From: Hydrolagus affinis
Lineage: Eukaryota
Reading direction: 5' to 3'
DNA length: 64,000 nucleotides
Assembly: GCA_012026655.1 (NCBI GenBank)
Contig: JAAILG010000141.1
Location: forward strand, 62,001-126,000
Of this stretch, positions 1 to 11,520 are shown piece after piece (positions within the stretch are counted from its first letter, which is position 1; each line of letters begins with the position of its first letter). The translations under genes and the position numbers were made by a program. Below the pieces are notes generated by a model. It was not told the origin of the DNA and ran no database searches. It was given only the letters and a program-made list of their open reading frames with translations.

Positions 1-1404
1 TACTCTCAGCAAATGTAGTGAATTTAATGTCATGGGGGAATTCTAAAGCTTCTATTACACGGATCAACTGAAAATAAATGCACTAGTGAGACCTGATCAG
101 CACGTTTCAAAATTTATATTAGAAAAATATAGATGTCAAAATGCAATTTATGTAACATGATCATTTAATTCAATCCTGAATCCAGAAGCAGTTCTGCAAT
201 AGGTAAATTATAAATTGTTTAATAATTGGCACTTATATACTAAACTAGGTGTTTATATTTTAATATATTTTATTGAAAAATGGGAAATGCAAGGCTACTG
301 TATATAAAACTGACAGGAATTTGATGGATTACTTTGACACAGCATAAAATTAAAAACTGGATTTAACAATCACTGAAATTTGATCTTTTGAAATGAATAA
401 AGTTGCTGTTAGGCTAATTTGACCCTGTCTGTTATGTAATACAGTTTCTTGAGGATTCAACAAGGTTTCAAGATCATGAAACCACAATGATTGTTGGACT
501 ATTGAATATGTGGCACTTATTTTTCTAAAATAAACAATTTGCACTGAAATGCTGATGAAGAACGAAGAGATGAGGGTTAAATGTAAAATAATAAAAATTA
601 TAGTACTGATTGAGAATTAAAAGAAGGGTGGGCTGGAACCAATGTTGGTGAGTTTGTTGCTGTCAAAATATTTTGTAATTGAGAGATGATGGCAAAAGTA
701 TCAGACTGGTGATAGTTAAATAGTTTTCAAATGACATGCAGCTCGTGTTACATTTGTATGCTCCAGGTCACTCCTAAGAGTGCAAGACACTGGGTTTTAT
801 CCAAGAAACTATCACAAGAGAACCTTTCCCAGCCTGTAAAGTGCACCTTTTTGTCAGTGTGTATTCAAGGCAATTCGCATTTGTGAGGCCAACAGAAAAT
901 TGTGAAAATAGATAAAACAAAATCTAAACAGAATGTGGCTGGTAACAACTGATCTCATGCCTACAACAAAACCTTTGCTTTCTTCAGTAGTGCGACAATG
1001 TCTGTCCAGTATTGTGCCATGCAACATCTGTAAATAACCGTTCAGTTCTGCCAACTCCTGGCATCCAGAAGCAACATCAAAAGCAAGTACAAAGTATGAT
1101 CATGCCATGCTTTGGGTTTCGATTCTTGAAGATTCATGGGCTGTGCTTTCATATCTGTACATTTCTGGGTAAGTATGGATACCAACCCAGCGTGACAGAA
1201 CACGATGAAGCAGTGCAAATAAATTGCTTCAAGTTCTGTACTACAAAACAAAAAATTATTATAAAGTGCATAATATTCTGGTTGATTTTTTAATGTAATT
1301 TGGTTATTTCAATGATTCCTTCCATTTCAATGTCATTATAACAGTCAATGCATTATCCAATTTTTGTAAAAACGCCATTATTTCCAACAAATATACACAT
1401 GTAG

Positions 1405-1690
1405 AGAGTGGTGGTTAGCACCATGTCTTTTAATCTCTGGGGCTTAATTCAAACCCAGCCCAGACAATGAACGTCTGGGATGAAAGTCTCTTCTCTCTAA
1501 TGGCTCTCAGGGTTCTAAGTGAAATAAATTTTGTAAGTCTCCAATGTAGTTCCCAGTGGATACAAATGTACAATGCCAAAGTATACACAATGCACTAGTG
1601 TTTTGCATTAATATGGTTATCTTAGTCAAAGCATATTTAGGAGGACCATTTTACAAAATATGCACATAACTCTGGTCCAGTAGGGTTCTG
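1405..1690 (+). mobile_element. LF-SINE-like relic
   Basis: gtggttagc...ttcaaacccagcccag head followed by gtgaaataaattttgtaagtctccaatgtagttcccagtgga, resembling the LF-SINE body as I recall it. Confidence 0.5.
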
Positions 1691-1696
1691 ACCTAT

Positions 1697-2022
1697 TAAT
1701 AATAATAATCCTTGCATTTGATATAGCGCTGTTCACATTTTATCGACGTCTCAAAGCGCTTCACAGAATATACTATGAAGTGAATTGACTGTATATTTAT
1801 GAGGTGAAATGTGGCAGCCAATTGCGCACAGCAGTGTCCCCACAAACAGCTGTGGATTGAAATGACCAATTTTTATTGCTGTGTTTTTTTTGGATGGATT
1901 ATTATCAGGCGTGTGGAGTGAGGAAACTTGCCCAATGTTTTTCGCCTTGATCTGCCTGGATTCGAACACAGGTCTCACACTTGTAAGGCGAGTGCTCTAA
2001 CCATTGAGCTACAGGAACTCAC
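1697..2022 (-). mobile_element. Full-length tRNA-derived Deu-domain SINE (young family)
   Basis: Minus strand shows a Pol III A box (tagctcaatgg) and B box (gttcgaatcc), the Deu-type core gctgtgcgcaattggctgcc and a LINE-like tail tgtgaagcgctttgagacg...gcgctatatcaaatgcaaggat(tat)n. Colinear with copies at 53285, 57066 and 21070. Confidence 0.9.
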
Positions 2023-2879
2023 TTACAGGTAAGGAGTGTAATGATTTGCCTGGCATCTAACTTTGCACTATTCAAGATCCTTGCTTGACTGAACCTGCAT
2101 CCGATTTAAGATAGAACCAGCAAAGAGCAAATTTGCTCAGTCCAATGCATCTGTAACATTCAAGCCTACCTACTGGATCTCCAAGGTCTAATTAGATGCC
2201 AAAGAATTATATGACTACTTACTTTTAGTAAGCTGCATTCATGCCAAAAGTTTGAATTCTGGTGGATGCATTCCTTTTCTTTTGGCTCTCAGGACTTGAC
2301 ATTAGACATGGTGGGATCGCAGTTCAATTCCGAGTGGGATCATTAGTTCGTTGAACAAAACTGCTGATAACTTAGTACAATCATTTGTCTCAGCTGTACA
2401 AATGCCGCCAAGATTGGTTCATATGGGAAATGGAAATATCCAACTGATGCTGGGATGGATATAAATGAATGGGTATTAAGGTTTTGATTGAAATAGAAAA
2501 GGTTGACCTTGCATGTACATAATCACAAAAGGGACCCCCAAATCCTATTCATTTAGTACATTTTGATGGTTTTCTTTTGGTCAAAATTCAGCTGTCTAGC
2601 TTGGCCCAAAAGTCTTCTATGAATAGAACAAATTCAAGAGAATAAATGAAAGGTAAAGAAAAGCAATGCTTTAATATTTAGAGTAAGCATTTTAATTAAA
2701 ATTGGTTTCTCTGAGAGGATTATCTGAATTCTCTATTATCATTAACTATTAATATCAATTACAAGTTTTGTATCATTCACTTGCCTATTTGGATCACTTG
2801 CCTGAGTGGGCAAATGCAGCAGAGAGTTCAGTTGGCTGGTGATATATCCAATTGCCCATGGCAAGTGGGCACTGGTTAA

Positions 2880-3010
2880 CACAGAGCCCAGGGGAAGCCT
2901 CAAACCAGTTCTGAGTAGATGCAAATCCACAGCATAAAACTGGCCATAATTAAGCACTAATTGACACTAATTGGGCAATCTCATTTGGATAAGGCGTAAG
3001 GATGACTGGT
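2880..3010 (+). mobile_element. LF-SINE-like relic
   Basis: ctcaaaccagttctgagtagatgcaaatccacagcataaaactggcc...gcactaattgacactaattgggcaatctca resembles the LF-SINE ccagttcctagtggac...ggcactaattggcac segment. Confidence 0.5.
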
Positions 3011-3914
3011 GCTGGAAATTGGAATGTTAGTCGTGCCGTAAGGATTCTCTTCTGTGGTTAGGATTGGAATGAATTGTAATCCAATGTAGACAAAATGAAA
3101 AATGATTAACTCATGACTGTCATCACACTGTACACATTGACTAATTCGAATATATATAATATATATATAGACCCATATTTCACTTATAGTTGTGCACACA
3201 TAGTTCTTTGTTCATTGTTTGATTTTATTTTAAATGCATGGAAGGCATTACTGTATATAATATATCTTTATAAATGCACGCTATTGTTTTACCTTTTTGT
3301 TTTTGGCTGAGAGTATTTTGCAAAGTCACTAAAGCTTGTTTTGAAAGAAGCCTGAAATATAAAACACTGTCCAGCCAAGTTCATAAAGTAGAGTATAATG
3401 AAACAATAACCAAATTTATTGCAAATTTAACAGAAATATGTGGAACAGAGTTTCTTTAACTTTCCCTCTTCTGGGTGACCTCCAGTGAGACCAGAATGAC
3501 ACTTGAGGTCAGTGACTGCTTAAGGTAATTATGTTGGTTGTTGAAACAAAATCAGAATTGAGTTCCTGGTTAACTCATCACACTTCTAATCTCCGCTCTT
3601 CCTCGATTGATGCAGAGTAATAAAAGGCAACGAAGGAACAAATCAGGAAAACCAGTTCGGAATCCTTGTCTTGTTGTTCCAGCAACATCTGTTAGCAATT
3701 GTAACAGTTACTATTTAAAGTGAGCTTAACTTGCTGACAGTTATAAGAAATGAATGAAAGTCAATGGGGTGGTTTCTTTGGAACAGTCTAGTCTCAACAA
3801 TGAAGTTACCCTGAAATCTTCATTCAAATATATTGGTGATTTTTTTTCAAATGTTGATTTTAGTCTATTAGCTCATCAATTCTCGAAATGGCCCTGCATA
3901 TCTCATCATCTATT

Positions 3915-4312
3915 TATAATACAAAATAGCATTTCTGCAGCGGCATTCCCATCAGGACGATGTTCCAAAATGTTGGATTGAGAGTTCTGCTCAGGTCAAA
4001 ATGGAAAATGAAATCCCTTTTATCCTTTCAGCCACCCAATCACTGGGTGATTGCCACCATGTTACTGGTATGATATTTTCCATTCCACACAGTGGCCACA
4101 AACATCAGAAATCACAAGACATCAGATGCAAAACTCATTGTTTGATTTGCCCTCCTTAGCCTGGGAGTATTGTGTGCCGTTACTGCTGCATTGTCTGAAA
4201 TAGGTTGGTTCAGCACACAACAGGATGAACCTGGGTCTTTCTGAATACTGTATTTACTGCTCAACTTCACTTTAAGAGAGGCTTTGCCAACTGCACCATC
4301 AGGGAAGCTCTC
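3915..4312 (-). mobile_element. Ancient tRNA-headed SINE relic (family unassigned)
   Basis: Minus strand starts gagcttccctgatggtgcagttgg (A-box-like), then cccaggttcatcc (B-box-like) and cccaggctaaggagggcaaatc. The tail segment 3955-3978 recurs at 57812-57835 with 23/24 identity. Confidence 0.55.
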
Positions 4313-4369
4313 AGTGTTTGCCAGCTGAATCTTTTGGTTATTTTTCAGCCTTGTAGGATTCTCCAGGGT

Positions 4370-4510
4370 TTGAAATAACAGCCTGGTGGGTAAGAGCAGT
4401 GCTTGGTTTAGAACCAAGTTCTAAGTACTGTATAAGAAGGTTGGAGATTTTGATCTCATCCTGTGCTTAGCTAGCTGATCCCAGCTAGCTAGGAATTACA
4501 GTGGAGGGAA
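4370..4510 (+). mobile_element. Ancient SINE head relic, probably the same family as 3915-4312, in opposite orientation
   Basis: gaaggttggagattttgatctcatcctgtgcttagctagctgatcccagc resembles the B-box/post-B-box segment of that family. Confidence 0.4.
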
Positions 4511-7500
4511 TAGAGCAGGACGCATCATTCTTTGAATAAGGGAAGAGAATATCAGTGAAGGTTATTATTCCTGTAGCTCGATTTCCTCTCCCCCACCCCC
4601 ATTTCCCCCTCTTTCTCCCCCTGTTCCCTCCTTCTCTACTTTGGAACCATGTAGATGAGAACAGGATAATCCTGTCGACCTTCAGGATTGAGGTACTGGC
4701 AGGCAACCAGAAGCCAGGCAATCACAGCCCAGCAACGGCTTCAGGGCAGGAAGGACTGGGAGAACAGAAGAAAAAAAACTGTGGAATCCTTTTTGTTCGA
4801 AAGATTTGCTTAAATAAATTAAATATTTAGAATCGTAAATGATACAGACACACGTGCAGGGTAGTCAGTAGGTTAAAATGGCTTAAACTCTGCCAGGCTG
4901 GATTTAAATGTATGTCAGCACAGCAATTTATTGGGAAAACACTGGAAAGTTATCAAATATTCCTGTCTTATCAGATGGACGTTAGATGCACCAATTGTAA
5001 TCCATTTCAAGGTAGATTAATGCATGGGAGTTGTCAGAAAACAAAACCAATGGCTCAATAAATACGTTTACTTTGTATACTTTAAAAATGGATTGCAAGA
5101 TAATAAAACACAGTTCTGTGATATATTTCCATGCCTATACTGGGATGTGAATCACAATTGGATTCTTTGCACCAAATTATTTTTTCTTTACTGCCTTCAG
5201 AGACCGCAAGCTATACTTTGAGCACAGTGATTCTATACAGTAAGCCTTAGAACCCAGAACAGAAATACTTCAAAGTAAATAGTGTGTGAATTATTAAGAT
5301 AAAATTGCTCGGAGCAGTCAGTAAATTACTTCAGTTACATATGCACAATATTTTACAGGGTTGAAGTGTGCATGCTTTGAGACAGGACAAAAGAAAGTGT
5401 CAATCATCAAGCTCAAACATCATTTCTAACAACAAAAACTTCTAGTGTTTGGTAACTAAAAAAATATTTTGCAAGACCATGGCAGGGAAATGTAGATTGT
5501 TATACTATACAGAGGTGGACAATTTTACATGCGGATACATTTGTGTTAAAATAATGTTACATTTTCCAATAAAGGCTTACTATATGTCTACAGATCTGTC
5601 TGCACCAGTAAGTATACTATATATTGAATTACTTTTAATATCCAGCTAAATTGAGGGTTTTTTTTCTTTCAAGATTTTATTTCAATGCATGACAATGCAG
5701 CCTGAAACTTGGCTGAGTTGTCATTAGTAAAACTAAAATACAATTAAATAAGTGAATCATTATGTAAACCGCCTTATCCTTTTTAAACACTAAATGTTTT
5801 AGGGGAAATTAACTTGTTGCTCTATATTAATAGATTCTATGGCATGCTAAAACAATTCATCAGAGACATGCGTAACTCTATATTAAATTATTGTAGGAAC
5901 AGAATAACTAATATAATATATTTGAAAATCTAATCATACGTTTTTGTCAGATGTATCCAATTTTTAAGAGAAATACTAACCCCGGACCCACTCCACTCAT
6001 GGCCATTGAGAACTGTCATCGGGAATATTGTTGCTCAGTGCTACTTTGAATCCTTACAGTTTCTGAGAATATACAAAAAGGGACCAAAACGTTTCTTATG
6101 AAATAATATATTTCAGGGAACACAGAATGTGAGGCTTACATACATTTCTGGAAAGACTTGTACATTTGTCCAGCTCGGTGATAGTTAATGTATGTCGACT
6201 ATCATGAGTGGCTGTTGAGGGTAATTTGGAAAATGAACTAGAGCCAAACCTATTGAAGTTCAAACTGTAATTAAATTTGCTGATGCAGAACAAAAATACT
6301 AAGTAATAGCATAAGATATTTGGTTTTACATCCAGAGAAGGACAGAAATGGTATCTGCTTTTGGCAGGACATCATTTATCTTGGGTTTTGTTTAGAATCC
6401 AGCTGTTAGTTAGTGCAACATGCTTGGCTTTGTTTTGACCCCATGACCACTTTTAGTATTAAACGTGGATACAACATGAGGAAAAATGTACAATTCCAAT
6501 TTATATTCTTTTCATGGAAGAAAATGACTTCAGAAAATGGGCACAGAATTTTCACAAATGCCTCAATAGATTTTAATGGACTGCATAATTCTTTGTAAAT
6601 GTCTAAATCATACTTGCTGAATTTTGTGTATCCATTTCCCTCTCTCTTTATTTATGACTGACCCATGAAATAACATGGGCAGCAGCGGAAGGCTTTTTTT
6701 TCCATTTGGTATTTGCGGCTAAAGTTGGAGACACGTCCTTGCTAGCTCTTAACAAAGTTCAGACACCAATTTTATTTCATTCATCTTATTCTTGCAATAT
6801 CTGCTGGCCTCCTTCCACTCAAAACAATCACAAATGCCATCTCACAAATTAGTCAAACAGCTGTTTTGCTAAGTCTTGTACTGATGGTCAAATTGCTTCT
6901 CACTATACTAGAGCTGGTTTTGGTAGACATTTCGTGAGTTTCCATTTACTTGATTTTGGCATTAATGTGGGGTCAGCATTCTATGTGTTTGGGAAAACCC
7001 AGGCAGGCCTTGTGAAGGGGGAAGGAAATGTAATTAATTATCTAACCTAATTGAAGAAGTATGATGACTCTTATTACTAAATTCATTTTTTTTAATGCAG
7101 TTTGATGGGTCATAATGGCTACATATCTAAATGCCTCAAATGAAGAAAGATGGTAATTGTTTTGTGAATTCTGTATCCTGTATATTATGTATCCTTGCGA
7201 CTCCCCTTTACTGTATTTTATAATGCAGATAATTAATGAGAAAGGATATAATTCTGATCTCATAACGATTGCGGTTATTAGATGCTGAATAAAGTCCCTG
7301 TTCTGTGTGCAAGTTCCTTGTGAATCTCGGTAGAATTTCTCTTCTCTTCACTCAGTGGAACTCGCTTTGTTGAATCCTAATCTGCTATGAGACAAATTAA
7401 TAATCATTCGCTGGTGTGATGTATTTTCATTTAAATTCCTTGACGCAAGATTAATATTGGGTCTTAATTCTTCAGCACAAAAGTTGTGTGGCAGTCATAA

Positions 7501-8333
7501 AATTTAAAGGCATGAACAAGACAATTGAATATGCAGAGCTGTCGAATTAAAGTGATTTACAGTGTCAAAGTTCTGACCTGTAAGACTATTTGCCAGTAGC
7601 AAATCTTCAGTCCCTTTCTTTCACTCTGACTAGAACTGTGACTTAAGCATGCAACTGATACTCTTGACACACTTCACACTTGGTGTGGGATAGGAAAAAG
7701 ATATTTTGAAATAAAGAAGCAGGGTTATGAATACAGAGCCTCTGCCCTTAGATAATAAACCACTGTGCTTCAGCCCCATCATTGTTTGGATGATTTTGTA
7801 GGCTATTTCCTAATTATGTGACCAGACAAAACTACCATAATAGTGGCACCATTCTTGCAATTCCTATCTCTGTAGTTTTTGTATTAGTGCTAATATATGT
7901 GTATAATCATGCTGATAAGAGTGGTGACAGAAAAATAACTGACAGCTACGGACTTCAGAAATGGAATGGATAAAAGAATCTCTTTTTTTTGCCCCTCTGC
8001 CACATCAGAGAGTAGAGTGCATGTCTGTTCTCTGCATGCCACATTCTACTTTACAGAGTCAGGCAGAAGCCTCTTATTCATCTTCTAGAAAAAGCCCATC
8101 AAAGATCCTTAGACACAAACAGATTGTTTCTTTGCATAAAGAATCAGGGCCAAAATCTTTGGGAATATCAGAACTTTGCTGATAGAATTTCTGGTAAAGC
8201 TAGAAGTAATGAAATGTCTCTCCTTTAATGTTGGTGATGTTGAGGACAGAAGACATAATCATCAACTATTTTTCTTTTTCGGAATTTTTTTTCTTGGACA
8301 TCACTGTAATTATCTTTGTCGTTTTTTTTACAG

Positions 8334-8420
8334 CTGGATCCAGAACATGCGATTCCCCTGGCTGGGCTATTGAAGAGATTGCTTCAGCTGCTCAGTTCTC
8401 TTACTGTGCTTGTTAAGAGG
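8334..8420 (+). CDS. Candidate spliced exon of an unidentified gene
   Basis: Strong acceptor (tctttgtcgttttttttacag), 87 nt open in phase 0 (LDPEHAIPLAGLLKRLLQLLSSLTVLVKR), donor AGG/gtaaag, and higher GC than the flanks. Protein not recognised. Confidence 0.4.
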
Positions 8421-11249
8421 GTAAAGCTTTAAACATGTTGGGGCATAACTGATAGAAAATTCTTATTAATATGTATTAGCTGTTTGTGTAGATTGTGTAA
8501 AACATGAGAGAGTCTCCAATGTTTTAAAAACGAATAACTTGTATCTAAAGATCTTTAAAAGAATGTTGAAATTTACCCCCAAAATCAAGGTATGGCAAAA
8601 ACAATATTTTACTGATCTGCTCTGTGAAATAACCTGTTATTTGCAAACCCTTGAGGACTTGTACATTAACCTCCTGTTAGTTTAAAATAGATTGCTTCTG
8701 TTCATGTCCTGTTTATTTTGATTGTTTCCAGCTATAGCTGCATTGTCCATTTCCTTTTTCACCAGCTACATGTTCAAATGTGTACCAAACCCAAAGTACA
8801 TAATCTTTTTAATTGCCATAATTATATTACAATTTTCCCTTCAATAAGTATTTATATTTTATTACTCTGATTTATTTCTCTTGCTTTAAACTAGGCAAGA
8901 GTTCACATTAGTCACTTATTGGCTGTGAATTTATTAAACGACCCTATAAGTGACAACCAGGTTGAAACAGAAAGGGCTGCAAGATAGTTAAAAAATGCAG
9001 AAAAGTGGTTTTAAAATTGGGAATGGGAAACAATGGGTTGAAGAAATCAAGGTGCTTACCAATGTCCTGAACTGTCAGTCACCTACACAGTTCACCTATA
9101 CACCTACACAAAATACACAGTTATTACATTTTACAGCAAATCCTGTGAAGCGCTTTGAGACGTTCTCCCAGAAGTCACAAGGTACTATGGCAAGTACAGT
9201 ACAAGGATACTTTTATCAACTTTCAGTGAATGGAGTTCTTTCAGTGAACTAAGTTCTTTCCATGAACTTTGCAGTGGAACAGAAGAGCAATGTGCTTCCT
9301 GTCTGAACTGAAGAAATCTTAATCTGTTCACCAATTTATTGGCAAGGAAAGGATGTGTTTGAGAGAAATGAGCTTGAGCAGGGAGGGAAGGAAGGAAGGT
9401 GCACGAGGTATCAGTATTTCTAAGGTAGTCCCCTGATCATAAGGAAACCAGTGGTGAACTAATCAGTTATAAGGGAGTAGTTAGTCTGGTTTGCAACATA
9501 ACTGCTTAACGTAACTGCTGCAACAGGAAAAAGGTTTCCGTGATGAGAAATTTGAGGAAAAATGAGTGGAATGCCGAGCTCAGTGTTATCATTCAGCCTT
9601 GTGAATCCAAAGGACCTTGGCACTTAACCCAAAGAGTTTGTGATGATTTTGTTTTGTATGTAATTTTATTCAATGTTGATAAAAATAATGGAGGTGGTCA
9701 TTTTTATTCCTCCATTCTTCTCAAACACACCGATGATAACACAAGCTCGCTGTAACATCTGTATCTCACAACGGCTTAAAGTCTCTTATAGACGCACAAC
9801 CTTCACAGGGGAGATTTGTGAAAAATTGGAAGGTGCCAGTGTGCCCTTGCAAAGTCATAATTCTTTTGAAAATCAGCCCCAACTTTCCTTTTATAATAAT
9901 GAAACAGCACAATATGCTGTCAGAATTCCTGACAAGCAGTGCAACGTGCTGACAACGTTCCTGTCAAACAGGACTCGAGAAAGAAAATCCAAGGGGTGTT
10001 TTGCAGCTGGTTGCAAGGCAAGGATGAAAAATATTATCCGGAGCATAAAGCCTTAATTATCGCCAGTTAACCCTTCAGCTTTAATGCTTTAAAAGACTTA
10101 AATTTACATTCCTGCACCAAGAGAGAGAAAGAAAAAAAAATCTACTTTTGACTGAAGCAATGTTCTGTGGTTCTAATCAATTATGTCATTTGACTTTGTG
10201 ATCAGTTCTGTAAGATGAGAGCAAGTGTATTTCAAATGACACTTGACAAGCAAAGGGTTAATCAAAGTTGATGAGCTGATGGCTGCTCAACCAATTACCC
10301 TCTTCGAACGTGAAGTTTTTTTCTTAACAAGACCAGGTCCTAACAAATACCTAGGTGTGCCTGAGCTCATCTGCAGAGTGGATCATATCTGGTCAACTGC
10401 ATCCAAGATCAAATTCAGGTTATGGAGAGAAACTATTCAGTGAAATCCGCTAAAAACTGTGATCTTCTTAAAACAAAGAAAACAGCTGAATTTTGAGGGT
10501 TTGATCATTACTTTCTCTGCTCTTCAGCTTTCCTCCAGCATGGAGAGATTCTACGAAGCAGTAGTCGTAAAGTAGCACATAGAATGGATCTGAGAACATT
10601 TATTATGCCTCCAGTCATTGTGTATCCAGTACTACTGCTCGCTTTGTGTCTTGTTCCTCAGTTCCATATCTGCTGACCTTTGTGGTTTCTGTGATATATG
10701 TGTACTCACTAAATTGTAGAGTGTGCATGAATCGAAACACAAAATTTGACTTAACTGCCCCCAAATATTAAAACGTACAATGTAAGTAATCAATACTGCA
10801 TCAACTATAGATAACACAATCTAGAGTTAGTTCTTTAGTGTCACTGAATGTCATTTAGATCCTTTCAGTGTTGCAGGTGGATTGCAGTTCCTACATTTGT
10901 TTCCTGAACTGATTGACACTAAACCTGAGTTTTGCTATCCAAATCTCAGGACCCAGCACCAGCTGAACTAGCTCCAAGGTGACGTACTTGGCAACGGAAT
11001 GTCAGAATAAAGCCAACCATCTGTGATGGTTTTGGTAGTCTAGTTCCTGAGCCAGGTGAGGTCACGGTATTCCAGGGCACTTCTGACAATAGTACAGCCA
11101 GACTCCTCATCATCAAGACTTGGAAAAGCAGACACAACAACACAACAACAACAACAAAATTACATTTACAGACACTGGTCTCTTCCCATCCAGCTCTTGT
11201 TAACCCTGAAAGCCAAAACCCTCATGGGTAGAATAAACCTAGCTGGACA

Positions 11250-11520
11250 AGCAGGAAGAAAGCTTACCAGAAAGTGCTTTCAATGGCAAGCAATGTGTTT
11301 TAACTGGTTGAACTTTTGTGGTAACCTAACACAGACTCTGGGTTCCCCAAATCTTGATTCTTGCCAAATAGCACCTAATAACTTTCTGGTATTTAATAAG
11401 CCTGGTGCGTTCCTCCAGGGAGAGAGTGCACATTCCATTCCATAATACAAGCTTTTTAAGCACTCTGGGATGCTCCTGGTGTGAAAGACAGTATATGCAT
11501 CAAATTGTGCTGTTGTTTCA
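11250..11520 (+). mobile_element. Unclassified old interspersed repeat, copy A
   Basis: Colinear with 23160-23460 (cttgattcttgccaaa; cctccagggagagagtgcacattccattcca) and ends in a degenerate LINE-type tail. Confidence 0.75.

Noticed and set aside
1940-2022. tRNA gene (also at 21155-21237, 53530-53619 and 57066-57135)
   Set aside because: A and B boxes are present, but each runs directly into the SINE body with no clear acceptor stem or terminator.
2018-2036. RS-like cag/gtaagg on the + strand
   Set aside because: It sits at a SINE insertion boundary and has a poor pyrimidine tract; likely incidental.
11127-11160. Poly-Gln ORF segment TTTQQQQQ
   Set aside because: It is the (AAC)n tail of a minus-strand retroposon fragment, not coding sequence.
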